NCBI GenBank assembly: GCA_900088475.1
Contig: FLMG01002343.1
Span: forward strand, 13,698 to 77,697
Length of the DNA stretch: 64,000 nucleotides
Direction: 5' to 3'
Source: Hyphochytrium catenoides
Lineage: Eukaryota; Protista; Hyphochytriomycota
Shown here: in pieces, positions 46,192 to 63,149 of the stretch
Layout of the letters: each line of letters opens with the position of its first letter
Position numbering within the stretch: the first letter of the stretch is position 1
Program-made: the position numbers and the translations under genes
Notes under the pieces: model-generated
Told to the model about the DNA's origin: nothing
Databases searched by the model: none
What the model saw: only the letters and a program-made list of their open reading frames with translations

Positions 46192-47797
46192 GAGACGGCT
46201 GCGCAAGAGAGGCACACACCAAAGAGGGAAGAGAGAGAATGGAGAGGCGACTTGATGGAAGAAGAGAGAAAGATACGCCTACGGGCCTCGCTTCTCCCAC
46301 TCTCTTGGGCCGCGCCTTGGTCTCTGGACCAGACGGGAAGAGTGGCGTCTTTTATAAGAGGAGAAAGAATGAGAGAGAATCTCGCCATGGAGGGAAATGA
46401 CTGTCTTTCTTGTAAGTGAAGGTCTTGCGGCGTTCGCTTCTCGCAACCTGTCCAGCCTTCTCTCTCCTTCTCTCGGTGGAGAAGGCTGCTGCTGCTGCGG
46501 AGAAAGGACGTCCGCTCAGTGTCCTCTGTAGTGAGAGATCAGAGAGAGAGAGAGAGACGGGGGGAAGAGAGAGAGAGAACTCCAGATGAAATCCTCTTTC
46601 TCTCCCGTGAAAATAAAGGTAAAGAGAGACTGCTGCTGTTCCTCTTGGCCCAGTGTTTGCCCTCAATAATGAGAACATCATAGAAGCCTAGCCAAGGTAG
46701 CTACATCATTAGGGTCAGGGCTCGCATTGCCTGGCGATATCAAGGCTTGAGCAATGGATTATGGGTGTTTCCCTTCCTTTTCTCTTTTTCTCTCTCTTTC
46801 TCTCTCTATCTCACCCCTTTTTCTCCTCTTGGCCCCTCCCACTTCTGGTCTCTCTCTCTCTCTCTCTTCTTCCTTGGGCCCTCCTCTCTGTATTCTTTCC
46901 TCCCTCTCTCTCTCTGTGCCTGTGTATCTCTCAATTTCTCCTTCTATCTATCTATCTCCCTCTCCGTTAATTTTCCCTCTCTCTTCCCACGCTGTCTTCT
47001 GTCTTTCTCTCTCTCTGCTATAAGGAGCCAGAAAGAACATCCCTCCACTGGTCTATCTCTACCATGGTCACTCCTATGGAGCTCACAAGGAGCAGTCCCA
47101 TAGCTCTTTGCGAGAGAGATAAACTCTTTTCTCTCCTGCGTCTTTCCTCTTCTCTTTCTCCAATCAAGGTCTGCCTGTATATTTTCTTAAGTAGTCACTG
47201 CCTTGAACTTTGTCTCAGTTGTTTCATTAATAGAGAGAATGAACTGAGTCTTCAGACTGCCAGCAGAAGAGACTCCCACTCTCTCGCTCAGTTTGGACCT
47301 CTGTCTTCTCTTCTTATCTTTGTCCCTTTCTCCTGAGACTCTCTCTCTTTCTCTCTCCCTCTTGACAAGGAATGAGGTTCCTCTCTGGTAACCCTAACGA
47401 TTAACCACCTTTACCTAACTCATCCAATTATCAGCAGGGCCTAGACATTTAGAGCGAGGAGGTCTCTCTCTCTCCTGTTCAGCAACTAGATCTTCTTCTC
47501 TCTTTGCCTCTCTCTCTCTTTTTCTTAACCTTGAAGTGTATCAAACGTTTTTTGCAGAGGAAAACAGTAGTGAGGTTTAAAGCTAAGCCAGCTCGGGAGT
47601 CAAGCTCCTTTCTCGCTAGGTTTTGAACTTTGCAGTTTGAATCTCTCTCTCTCTCTCTTTTTCCCGTCCTGTCTTTCTTCCTGTCTCTCTCTTTTCGCCG
47701 CTTTGGTCGCAAGATGTCCTTCTTATTCTTTATCTTTCTTCTCTCTCTCCACATATTGGAAGCCTTCTCTCTCCCGCCTTCACTCCTCCATCTCCAG

Positions 47798-48251
47798 CTA
47801 GTTCGCGAAGATCGCATTGAACGTCTCATTCTGCACGGGGCTGCCTTCCTTCACGGTGGAGATGGGAAGATGGAGGTTGAGATTGTTGTCCTGCAAGTAT
47901 TTGACGGCAATGTTGATGGCACTTCTCTTCTCTCTCTCGGAGGCCTCTCTCCCTAGCCAGAGAATGATCTCTACCGCTGTGTCCACGAGGAAGACATCCT
48001 TGGAGTCTAACATCGAGCGCAGGAGCTCTCCCTGAGCTTTGAGAGAGAAAGAGAGAGAGCCCGAAGCATCCGAGATGCGGAAGAGCTTTCCCTCTCCCAT
48101 TTCTGGTGCATGGCGCTCGATAGGAGCCTGAATGAAGAGAGAAAGAGAGACAGAGAGAGCGTGTTTGAAGAAACTTAATATTAGCCCAGCCTTAGGAAGT
48201 TAAGGACAAAGAGAGCGAGAAAGAGAGAAAGAGAGAGACAGAGAGAGAGAA

Positions 48252-48282
<31 letters not shown>

Positions 48283-49359
48283 CTGACAATAGCCCGTTCG
48301 AGACCTTTCGGGACCAAGAAGAAGCGAAGCAGAGGCCAGAGGACGGTAGAAGGGCCACTTGACAAGAAAGGTGAGAAGCTGAAGAGAGAAGCTAGAAGAG
48401 AGAGAGACAGAGAGAGAGAGAGAGAGCAAGAGAATGAGATAAGAGAAACGCAGACCTGAATGGGCCCCTTTCCGCCGAGCAGCCGCCAGAAGTCTTCCGA
48501 CTCCGCGGAGCCTTTCTTCGCTTTTCCGTTTCTCTCTCGGACAATAGATTCCATAAGAGTTGCTGCCTTGTTCCTCTCGAAAGGAGAAGACTTCTCCCCT
48601 GCGAAAAGAGAGAGAAAGAGATAGAGAGATAGGAACAGAGAGAGAGGGAGAGATAGAAAGAACAAGTGAAAGGAAGAGGGGGAGAGGGTAAAGACAGACA
48701 AGAGACAGAGGAAGATAGGGCGCGAAAGAGAGAATGAGAGTGAGAAGAGAGAGGATGAGAGAAAGTGCGAGATGTCCGCATAGCTGTTTCTTTCGTTGTT
48801 TCCTTTTTCCCATCTTCCTCATCTTTCGAACATTGTTGCTACTCGTTTTCTCCCTGATGTGAGTGGCATCCACTCTCATGATCCATTCTCTTCCTCTTCT
48901 GTGGCACTCTCTCTCTCTCTCTCTCATATCTCTTGCTCCGTTTCTCTCCACTTCTCTCTCTCTCTTTTGCTCCGTACTGGTAACTTTATCTCTCCCTTTG
49001 GTAGCTTTCGCTGTCTCTCTTGGTCAGCATCTCGGCGCTTGAGGCGTTTGCCCAATGCCCTTACCCTCTCCTTCTCTCTCCATTTTGTCTCTCTCTCCTT
49101 CTCTCTCTCTCTTTCTTTCTCTTTCTCTCTCTGATACTACTCACCGTCCCACTGATAGACTAGAGTTCCAGCATCGAGGATAAAGCAGTCTCCTTGGTTG
49201 AGGGAAGAGCGTGCCAAAGGAACGTCGAAGGCTCTCACCGTCTTCTCGGTCTTCACAATCTGCACAATATCCGCGAGAGAGAGAGAGAGAGAGAGGGAGA
49301 GAATGAGGGAGAGACAGAGAGCGAGGGAGACACAGAACGAGAGAGAAAAAACGGAGAGA

Positions 49360-49390
<31 letters not shown>

Positions 49391-49827
49391 TAAAGTGTCA
49401 TAAGTCAGTGTGGTGATGGAAGACTGAACAGAAGAGTGAGAGAGAGAGTCTGTAACATTAGCTTTAGCGCCAGGTCCAATAAGTGAATATCTTCAGAAGA
49501 GATAAGACGATGCTGCAGGTGCCAAGTGAAGAAAAGAATCTCTTTCCGTCTCTCTCTCCCAATCCTTTCCTCTCTCTCTCTCTCTCTCACACTAACTCTC
49601 TCTCTCTCTCCTTCCATCTCTCTCTCTCTCTCTTTACCTGCAGGAGTCTAGGCTTGTATTTCTCTGGCTCGACGTGACGGAATCCTGTCTCCACGCCTCC
49701 CTTAAGATACTTCAGACCCTGAGGGAAGTAGCTCTGGAACTGCTTCGATTCGCTCCCCATCACCTCGCGGTGCTGGATCGGCTCACCTAAAAAAAAAACA
49801 AGAGAGAGAGAGAGAAAGAGAAAGAGA

Positions 49828-49892
<65 letters not shown>

Positions 49893-50347
49893 TTTGGGGC
49901 AAGAGAAAGTGTCCGGAGCGAAAGATTGAGGGAGTGAGACAGAGAGAGACAGAGAGAGAGATGAAGGGAAGCGGTAGCAAGGGACGAATCGCGAAAGAGG
50001 AGGAGAAAGGAGAAGAGAGGGAGGGTCAGTAGGGGAGGAGACTGGCTTAGGGATAAGACCATGAGAGAAGAGGAGAGAAGATAATTGAAAGCTAAATGCA
50101 AAAAGAAGCAAGGGGAAGGACGAGAAAGGAAGATAGGGAGGAAAGAAAATGAGGAGAGAGAGAGAGGGAAAGGGAGAGAGAGAGAAAAGAGCTCAAGAGA
50201 GAATCGGAATTGCTGCACTTCATACCGTCAAAGAAGTCATCGAGCTCGACTGTCTTATAAGCCGCAGTGCCCGCCTCGTCCTGGGTCGATTCCTCTCCCA
50301 ACCAGAAGTGAATGTGGTGCACCAGCTTAGGGGCTAAAGGAGAGAGG

Positions 50348-50391
<44 letters not shown>

Positions 50392-50791
50392 AAGGACCGG
50401 AGACGGGGACAGAAAGAGAGAGAGTATTAATGGAGAAAGTATGAGCAAAGAAAACATTGTCGGGGCAGTCAAAACATGGACAGAGGGAAGTCAGGCAGGA
50501 TCGGACGAGAGAAAGCATAGAAAGAGAGAGGAAGAATAGAAAGAGAGAAAAAATGAATGAGAAAGAGGAAGAGAGAAAGAGTGAAAGGAATAACGAGCAA
50601 AAGAAGAGAAAGACATGGGGAGTTGTAAAGAGGAGAAGAGAGGACAAAGAGAAGACAACCGATGCAGGAAAGACGGGAGACGTAACCTTCAGGAGCTAGT
50701 AAATTATCTAGAGCAGAAGAGAGGTTGGCTATCAGTCGGCTGAAGAGAGCTCTCTTCTCTCTCTATTGTCTCTCTCTCTCCCCTCTCTCTC

Positions 50792-50827
<36 letters not shown>

Positions 50828-51021
50828 CTCCCTTACCGTCAGGCATCTTGAGCGTGTAGAGCACGATGTAGCTGTCTCCCTCATAGAAGGTTCCGAACTG
50901 TTCCCTAGGCCAGCGTTTCAGCTTGAACTGCTCCACCCGCCAGATCTCGAGACCTGGACTCTGACCTGCATCTGGGGAAGGAAGGACCGAGGGACACAGG
51001 CGGGAGAAGGAAGCTTTTAAA

Positions 51022-51076
<55 letters not shown>

Positions 51077-51167
51077 ATTTCTCTCTCTCTCTTCTCTCTC
51101 TCTATGGCTCTGGTCTCTCCTTGAAATACACAGAAGGCTGTCACTCTCACTGCTAAAGCTGAATACT

Positions 51168-51221
<54 letters not shown>

Positions 51222-51370
51222 TCTCCCACCTTGTATCTCTCTCTCTCTCTACCTTTCCAGTTCGGTTCCTTGGCTGCTGCGGCCTTCCTGGCTGCCTTGT
51301 CCAGATCACTGCCGATGGCGAAGACGTTCGTGTCTTCAATTCGTAGGCCGCTAGGGCGCCGCTCTGCCAT
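47798..51370 (-). CDS. three-domain gelsolin/severin/fragmin-like actin-severing protein; 7 exons
   Basis: [105 protein letters not shown]. Confidence 0.96.
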
Positions 51371-52231
51371 TGTAGAAAGAGAAAGAGAGGGAGACGAGGA
51401 AAGAGAGGCAGGGAGATGAGCTGCGGAAGAAGAGAGCGAGCGTGTCCTTTCTGGGCTGCGCAATATCGGGGATAAAGGCGGAATGACCAGAGAGTAGAGT
51501 TTGATCCTCCTGCTGCACTCGAAACAGCCAGGATTACTATTCGAGAGATATTGGAGACAGAGAGATAATGAGAGAGAGAGAAGAGGGAGAGAGAGGGAGG
51601 GGTGGAGACAGAGAGAGAGAGAGAGAGAGAGAGCGTGGGGGGAAGGGGGAGAGAGAGGGAGGGAGAGACAAGACAGAGAGAGAGAGACAGACAGAGAGAG
51701 AGACCGAGAGAGAGAAACAGAGAGAGAGAAACCGAGAGAGAGACAGAGAGAGAGAAACAGAGAGAGAGAAACAGAGAGAGAGAGACAGAGAGAGAGAGAC
51801 AGAGAGAGACCGAAAGGGTGGAAGATCCATGTCTCCATGTCATCAGGATCTCGATCCAGGCTGTGCAGTTCAGAAGCCCCCCAAACCCACCTCTAACACA
51901 CAAATCAGTCCTTAAACGCAGTATCTCTCTTGTCAAAGCCCATACATATTACTCTAACAATACCCAAACACAGCAGAGGTGCTTGCCTCACAACTCTTCC
52001 ACGGAATGCGCCTACAAACCCTGAGCAGAGAGCGTTACATTGACTTCTGCCACTCCTGTTGTAGTTGTTATCTTGTAGGCTATGTACAACTATGGAGTCG
52101 CAGACGCACTGATGACAGTGCTGAAAGGTTATACAGGATAGAGACAGAGCAGAGAGAGAGAGAGAGAGAGAGACAGAGCGAGGGAGGGAGAGAGAGAGAG
52201 AGAGACGCGAGAGAGAGAGGGAGAGAGAGAG

Positions 52232-52283
<52 letters not shown>

Positions 52284-52540
52284 AGCAATCAAGCGAGACG
52301 GAGAGAGCAAAGGGAGGGCATGAGAGAGAGAAGGCAAAAGAGACAGAGAGAGAAGAGAGAGAGAGAGAGAGAAAGAAGCTAAGTTGCAGCCTCCAGCTCT
52401 TGGGTAGCTACATCTTGGCTCTCTTGCGGGAGAGAGGGTGACGAAGGACTGGAAAGGACGTGAGCTGACGGCTGAGGAGAGAAAGAAGTCTCTCTTCCTT
52501 CGCCATCCGAGTGCCGCCAAACCAGCAGCTTTCCATTGCT

Positions 52541-54387
52541 CTATGAGCGCCGTCTCTCCTGCTTCTGTCCCTTCTGACTCTTCTTCTCTCTCGTTCCAGG
52601 GCTTGTCTTCTTCTCCTTTCCAGCTCTGTCTCTCTCTCCCAAGACTGCCAGACAAGCCTGCACGATATCTTCAGTGCTGAGGAAGGTCAGAACCTGTCCC
52701 AGAGGATTGTAAGTGCGCGGCGCCGCGACACAGCGCCAGGAGGCAGGCAGGAGCTCCTCGGACTGAAGGCGGGTTACTGTCCCCGCCAGGGGGTGGAGTC
52801 CTTCCTTGCAAATGTCAGCGAAGACGACGGAAGAGAAGGAAGGGAGCACCGCTTTCAACCCCTGGGGGACGGCGCTAAGGTAGGGCGAGTCGATCACCAC
52901 GACACCGTCCACTCCGTGCTCCTCCTGCAAGACTCTCTGCGCCTCCAGGGAGCTGATTACTCCGTTACCTGTTAGAGAAGAGAGAGGGAGAGAGAGAGAG
53001 AGAAGGAGAGAAAAGAGAGAGACGGAGAAAGAGAAAGGTGGAAAGAGAGAGACAGAGAATGGGGGTCAGAGACGCTTCAGAGCAATGAGAAGGAACCATA
53101 GCCACCAGAATCTCAGAAGAGTGAAAAAGATCTCACTGTTTGCAAGAGGATGGAAAAAGGAACAAGGAGAGGAAAGGAACAGCAACATTCATCCGTGGTG
53201 GGAAGGGAAGAGGGTAGCAGGAGAGACGCCTGGGCTATTCGCAAGTAGTCAGACGTTAGAGTTCTCGTGAGAAAGACGACGATGATAAGGAAAGAAAAGA
53301 TCACAAGGAACTAGGCAGAATTGGCATAGAGAGAGCAGGACGCCATAGAACGGAGAAAGCTTTCTAGTGGCCGGCAGAGAATTTAGAGAGACTCAAATCG
53401 TGCCTCTCTCTGTGTCTCTCTCTCTCTCTCTCCCTCTTCCAACTTGGTCTACGTGCTCACCGTAGGAAACAATAGCGAGATCCTCGCCCTCTCCATAGGT
53501 CCTCACGGCATCAAAGTCCATGTGTTCCTCGAGGGCAGGGTAGCGGGAGAGCCAGCGATCGTCCTTGTTGAAGAGATGACGGCGCGCTAAGAGCGCTGTG
53601 CAGTCCACTGACATCACCACTCGCCCTCGCATGGCCTGTTGGATGCAGTACCTGAGGGAGGAAGATGGGGAGAAGGGTGAAGGTGTAGGCAAGATGTGAG
53701 ATGAGAGAGATAGAAAGAGACGAAACCGAAAAGGAGAGCGAGTAAGGAGTGAGAGAGAGAGAAAAGAAGAGAGAGAGAGAGATTTGGAACTTCCACCTAG
53801 TTGCGGGAGGTAATCGGAGCACACCCACCTATTGCTCTTGAAGAAAGAGGGGACACAGATAAAGCAGGAGGCGACTACGAGAAGAATGAAAGACCGAGGG
53901 AGACAGAGAGAGAGAGAGAGGCAAAAAATGACAGAGCACGGGAGAGAAAAAGACGAAAAGAAAGATAAAGTCATGACCAATAGAGGCGAGAACTCTCTGG
54001 AGGATGGGGCAGCTCACCTCATGCCCTTGACATAGTCCTCGCCATTGGAGTAGCAGACAACATCCACGCCAGGCGGGATGTGCAGCTGGTTGTGAGTGTG
54101 GAAGTTCCCACCGAAGAGGCCGCGGTCAAAGCCTTGGAGCCGCAGCAGCATCCCCGCCGGCGCCTGCCCAGCGCTCAGCCAGTTCAGGATCGCCGCCTCC
54201 TCGAACATATCGAAACCACAGTCCAAGTACTTGGCGTACGGGATCTCCACGATAGGGAGAAGGCCTGCCAGAGATGAGAGAAGGAAGAGATGAGTGAGGA
54301 CGGGCCTAGCCAAGCAATAAAGTTCAGGAGGGAAGAATGTAGAAATATGGGGAACATTTACAATGACAGAGTGACTTTTTCTCTTTC

Positions 54388-54429
<42 letters not shown>

Positions 54430-57017
54430 CTTTTCCTCTCTGGTTTTTCTTTCTTTCTCTCTCCTCCTTTTCCTCTCTGGTGTTTCTTTCTTTCTCTCTC
54501 CTCTCTCTCGCTCTCTCTGTCTCTGACTCTTGCTCACTCTCTCTGTCACTTACTCTCTCCTTCTCTCACTCACCTGCCTGGGCGTACCCTATACCCGCGC
54601 CAATCAGCGTTGTCTCATCTGGAGGGAAGTCTCTCACTCTGAGGGGGAACTTGTCCTTTAGTCCCTCGGTCACCGCGTAGTAACCTCCGTGCCCGACGTC
54701 TTCTCCAATGTAGACAAGCTGCGGGTAGAGAGAGAGAAGCTCCTCAAACACTGAGTTCATCTGCTTCCGCATCACCTGTGGCCTCGATGGTGCTGACGGT
54801 GGAGTTCCCTCTGGCTATAGAGAAAGAAGGGCAGAGTGAACGCGGTCAGGGGTCTTTGGGGAAGAGAGAGAGAATGCTTTATGTGTGTGTGTGAGAAAGA
54901 CAGAGACAGAGAGAGGAAAAAAGAAAGTCCTTGTCAGGCTAAGAGACCAGTAGAGAATTTCAAGCCTTATACTAAAGAGGAAAGAAGGTAGCGCCAAAAG
55001 GAGGAAGGCGTTTAGGTTCCTCGGATACAGCGAAGTATGAACTGTGTAGCCCTTCCCAGCAGAGAGGACAAGCCATCTTCAAGAAATAGGGTGAGGAGAA
55101 GGGAGACAGAGGGAGAGAGAGAGAAAGGGGCGGGGGAGAAAGAGGAAGAGGATGAACTGAAGGGCCAAGCGCCGTTGACTGCTCACCTTCTGATAAGGTC
55201 GAAGAGGCTGACTGTTCCGCTTGATCATCTCCTCTCTGGAGGTGATCTTGGGCTCTGTCACTGCCTGTTCAAAGGCTGCCTCGACCTTACTCTTAATCTC
55301 TCGCACTGTCTCCTGAAGCTCTGCCGGCGAGAGGACATCAAACTCCACGGCTTGGGCACAAAGAGAGAGAAGAGGGTTCTTCTCTCTCACTCCTTCTATC
55401 TCCTCTTGGGTCAAATACGCAGCCTGACGGTCAGTGGCGGCATGTCCAAACCTTCTGGGAAGATTCTGGTAGACAATTGTGGCGGGCCGGGACTGGCGCC
55501 TCACGTACTCGGCCGCCTCCTGCGTCTTCTGATAGACATCGAGCGCGTCCCATCCATCTGCGTAGTAGACTGGCATCCCCAACCGTCGCCGCACGAACTC
55601 CCTAAAGTAGGAGTGAGTTGAGGTGCAAGAGAAAGAGAGAGAGAGCGAAAGAGAGAGAGAAAGAACGAGAGAGGGAGAGGGAGAGAAAGGACGAGAGAGA
55701 GAGAGAGAAAGAACGAGAGAGAGAGACACAAAGAGAGAGACACAGAGAGAGACAAAAAGAGAGAGCGGGAGAGAGGAAGAGAGGGGAGTGTGTGTGGAGA
55801 AGAGAGAGAAAAAGGAACAAGAACGTGATGATGGGTTAGAGTCGAAAGAGTAGATAATTGACTCTACCACTACAGACAGAGTCACTCTCTACCTCACCTG
55901 AGCCAGCCATTGCCCTTGAGCGAGATGCAGATGTCATTGTCAGAGATACCGAAGAGCACGGGGCACTTGACGGCGTTGAACTGCGCGTACTCTGCCAGGT
56001 TGGCCGCCGCCAGGAAGTGCGCATTGTTGACTGATCCGTCTCCCACACTGACGAAGCTGAGGAAGTCGGACGGGAAGCGGGAAGGCACTCCCAGGCGACG
56101 GGCCAAAGGAGCAGCCAGCGCCCTGCCCACCGCGGGCGAGGCCTGAGAGGCGAGCGTTGAGGTCACGAGGAAGTCAAAAGGTCCGCCGCCGATGGAGCAG
56201 TGCGCGCCGCCAGTGACGGGGTCCAGCGCTGAGACCGTGAAGCCCCTGGCGCGGTCGAGGAGGATCTCCTCTAAAGTCCGCCCGCCCCGCAGCTGTCGAA
56301 CCAGCTGAGCGGCCACGTGACGATAATGAAGGGCCAGCCCGTCCGTCGGCCTGTACGAAGAAGAGAGAGAGAGAGAAAGAGAGAAGTCAGAAGAGTGAAG
56401 GGAAGAGAATAGGATATTGAGGAGCGAGCGCCTTGGTGAGAAGGTAGAGAGAAAGAGAGAGAGAGATAGAACGGAACAACGCGAGTAGTTGAGTGAGAGA
56501 AGCTACCTTTGGCAGACTAACTCCCTATTGAGGGCTAGGAGAGATGAGAGAAAAGGAGAAGAGAGACAAAGAAAAAAGAGAAGTCGAATCCCGACTGAGT
56601 CTTTCTCTCTTTCCCTCACCTCAAGGCAAGGGCGATTGCCCCCAGAAGCTCCTCTCCTCCTGGTCCTATAGTGTAGAAGCCCTGACCCAGAGCAGACGCC
56701 ACGCGGCTCTCCACATGTAGCGCGAAGGTGCTCACCGCGCCTTCCACCAGCCATCGCAGCTCCTCAGCGCTCAGCCCAGCCTCAGACAGAGAGGAGAGGG
56801 AAGAAGAGGAGGGCGGGAGGGTGGCGCGGAGGGCTTCAGGGTCCGCGATCTGCTGCTGGAAGCGCTGCCATTGCTCGACCTCTGGCAGCTTCTCGAGCTC
56901 AGCGCCGCGCTCCAGGCGCAAGGCGGCGAGAGAGGGAGCGGGAGGCGATGATGAGAAGGAGCGGCAGAGAGGGCGCAGGCCCGTCAGCCGACGCTTCAGT
57001 CCGCGCAGCGCCAGCAT
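52541..57017 (-). CDS. ThDP-dependent 2-oxoacid (2-oxoisovalerate-like) dehydrogenase E1 alpha-beta fusion, mitochondrial; 7 exons
   Basis: Presequence MLALRGLKRRLTGLRPLCRSFSS. Alpha part: FYTIGPGGEE, LHYRH, DPVTGGAH, TSTLASQ, ThDP motif GDG...DN, RRFGHAATD. Beta part: YIGEDVGHGGYY, DETTLIGAGIG, EIPYAKYL, FGGNFHTHN, VSYGNGV. Confidence 0.9.
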
Positions 57018-57931
57018 CGCTGAACGGTCAAGAGCAGCAGGAAGAACAGGAACCGAGAGGCCACAGAGGAGAGAGAGACACACACAGAGAGAGGAGAAAG
57101 GCGGCACTAAGTCTGGGAGGAGGAAGGCGGAGTGAGAAAGGAAATCTGAGAGAGAGAAAGTGGGTTGTGCAGTTCAATCTTCAGTAAGGAAAGGCGAGCG
57201 AGCAACAGAAGGGAAACTGGAGCGGTGCTCACGGCCAAGAGACAAGACAGTGCCACTCCTGGCGGCAAGGAGGCAGCAGCAGAGTACGAAAAGAGGGAGG
57301 GAGCGCGCGGGAGAGAGGGAGAGGGAGAGAGAGAGAGAGANNNNNNNNNNNNNNNNNNNNNNNNNNNNNNNNGAGAGAGAGAGAGAGAGAGAGAAAAGAG
57401 AGAGACTGGAGTGGCAAGGTTCAGTGACCGTGTCAAAAAGCTTCTGAGACTGCAACCTCTTCACTTCACTTGGCTTGACACGCATCCAGAGCTCCCCCTG
57501 GATCAATCTTCTTCAACCAAACTCCGTTCTCCTGGGGGCGCTCTGGGTGGGGCATGTTGAGAGGAGGAATGGAGGCAGAGAGGGGAGGAGGGAGGAGGGA
57601 GCAGCAAGGGAGCAGCGAAAGGGAAAGCGGAAGTTATGGAGAGAGAAAGAGAGAGGAGAGAAAGAGAGAGAGAGAGAGGGAGAGAGAGAGAGAGAGAGTC
57701 CTGCTGGTGGCGGGAGAGCACGAGGGAGACTGGCCTGGGCGATAAAGGCGCTTAGGGTAGCAGAAAGAGGAGCAGGTCTTCCTTTCTGATTAGACTTGAG
57801 AAGTCGGCACATGCTAAGGTTCTGACTGAGAGAAAGAGAGAGAGAGGAAGAGAGAGAGAGAGAGAAAGGTATAGAGGTGGACTAGGCGGGAGCAAGTGAG
57901 GGAGAGAGAGGCGCGGCGAGGGGAAGTGACG

Positions 57932-60842
<2,911 letters not shown>

Positions 60843-62251
60843 AGTTAAAGCATCTTTCAAGTCCAAGAAAGAGGCTGATAGCTGAGGCCTCAACCCAAAA
60901 GTCCATGCATATGCGCCCCGACCCAGCCCCTCCCGGAGACGCGGCCTCCACCAGACATACTCGCGCGCCCTCGCAGAAGCTCCTGAGGGACTCGCTAAAG
61001 TAAAAGCAGCAAGATGGAGTCCTCAGTGAATTTCACAGGTAGTCGAGGACCGCCTGCAATGATGGATACTTGAGTCATCAGCTTGAACGTAAGCTTGAAG
61101 TGGCCCATTAGAATAGAGTGACAGCGGTTTTCCCACCTTCAAGAGAGCGGTTGGTGAGAGCAAGATAAGGATGGGAGCTAATGTAGATGATAGAAACGGA
61201 TTTCTTTTCCTCTTCACAACCGTGATGCTGCGGTGTGTCGTCGGCTAACAATAATGGCTCAAAAGTTTCCAACTACCTGCTGCTATTATCTTTGTTGTGC
61301 AAGGTATGAGGTTACAGAAGGAGGCAGCTTTCATCATCTTCAGGGTCCTCAGTTCCCAACGACAACAGACTGGCAGCTTTGTGGATTCTTTGACATCAAT
61401 CTCTGCCTCTGCTGCGACAATCCTTCGCTCAACTATTCTAGCTCAAGTATAAACTTCGCCTCTTCGGCCTCATAATGTGTTGCTCCCTTCAGTTAGTATA
61501 TTACACCACCGTTCACCGAAAGCGGAGAGCAGGAGTGCAACGCGGTGGAACGAAAGGGGGAAGGGCAAACAAGGAAGAAAAGGAAGAGGCGGAGGATTCG
61601 GTCATTTTTTAGAGAAGCCAGGCATGCGGGAGCCTGCAGAGTGCGTGCTGTACCTTCGTAGTAATAAATTGAGCACCTCAGCTAAAAATGGAAACAGTCA
61701 CTAACGGCGAGTGTGAACCAAACACCAGAACCTGTATGTCGAGTAAAGAGGGATCTCAAAGATGTCTGAAGCGTCTCTCCATCGTCCCTCGTTGTTGTGG
61801 TGGTGGGGTAGTGATCCTTCTTGCTCTCCTTTCAGTCTCTTTTGCCTATCCTGCTGTCTCCGCTGTCCACCGGGGTCCTAGGTGCCTCCTGTGGTAGTGA
61901 AGGAGGCGGTACTATGGATCTTGGGCTGTCGCCTCCTCATGTGCCCTCCTGTCGGGTACTGCTGCTGATCGTCTATCGGAGACAATTTTACTAAAGGTTC
62001 TTCCTTCTCGGCTTACAAGCCAGAATCGGTAGCCTCTAGCTTGTTGTGGGGCCCTATTGGTGTTGGGACTGTACCTGTTCGAGTCTGAGGGCAAAGCTCT
62101 CTGGACTACAAGCTAGGAAGCTTAGCTACGTCCGTTCCAGCTCCAAACGACGCCCACAAGAAGCCCGAGATATCAAGCAAACGAAATGCCCCTGTTATAT
62201 CTATGGCTTATTGTCTGTACCCCGGAATACCTTCAGGACTGACTGCATCTA

Positions 62252-62683
62252 GGAGGCCGTCCGCCTAAGTTTCAATGAAATTAACAAAGTTTCGTCCGAT
62301 TGTCCCACTTTTGGGGATGGGACATTTTACATCATTTTGCATCATAACCTTGTGATTGATGGGGACGTTAGACCGTCATAGTTATAACCCTTGCCGGGTT
62401 TGCCCATACATTAAGTTGGCGATACTGCTCGGCGCCCAGATAGTGTCAATGAATCTATGGCTAAAAAGTCTGACAGGTGTACTGAATGGTCCTCCAACTT
62501 AAGCCAGTCTTTTGTATAGGGATAGTGTCCCAGTTTAATTGACTGGACTAACGCTTAAACCCTGTAACCCCATACAAATTTCGGCGACCACATTATTGGG
62601 AGGGTAGTGTAGCCCTTAATACAGTATAAGCCTAACATCGGTCGATTGGAAAAGCGCCCACCAATGTTATGCGGACGGCCTCC
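62252..62683. mobile_element. non-autonomous DNA transposon (MITE), ~432 bp
   Basis: Terminal inverted repeats GGAGGCCGTCCGC(C)TAA ... TTA(T)GCGGACGGCCTCC. Flanks TCTA|...|TAGA reconstruct an empty site TCTAGA (TA or CTAG duplication). No interior ORF. Confidence 0.8.
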
Positions 62684-63149
62684 TAGACAGGGATATCTCT
62701 ATGACTGAATATCTTAGGGTTTGTTAGGAATAGGTGGCATAGTCAGAATAGCTCTAGATTATGGGATCCCAGTTGGGCTTTTAAGTAGAGCACTCTCATC
62801 TAATGACATTGACCAATCATCCCATACAAATTTATCAGGTTATGGGCCACGCGTCCCCCCAGGACTCGGAAACCTTCTCTGGGGCCTCTGAGCCAACCAC
62901 TGGACCATTGAGATCCCGACCAAAACCAATATCAAGTCGGGCCCCTCTGGAGCAGCCAACGAGCTTCATTGGGCAATAACAGCTACCAGTACCGCCGGGG
63001 TTGCCCATCAACCCAGACCGTCAGATAGCAGCTAACCGCACTTATTATAAACAATCGAGACTTTACGGGAATACTTCAACCACAGAGCACTTCCTCAAGG
63101 GAATTTCGAGCACGATTTTCGGCCAAAAATTGATGATTTTTGCAAAGGT

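Noticed and set aside
60850-62250. Short ORFs downstream of NSUN5
   Set aside because: No recognisable motifs, frequent stops and no consistent splice chain.
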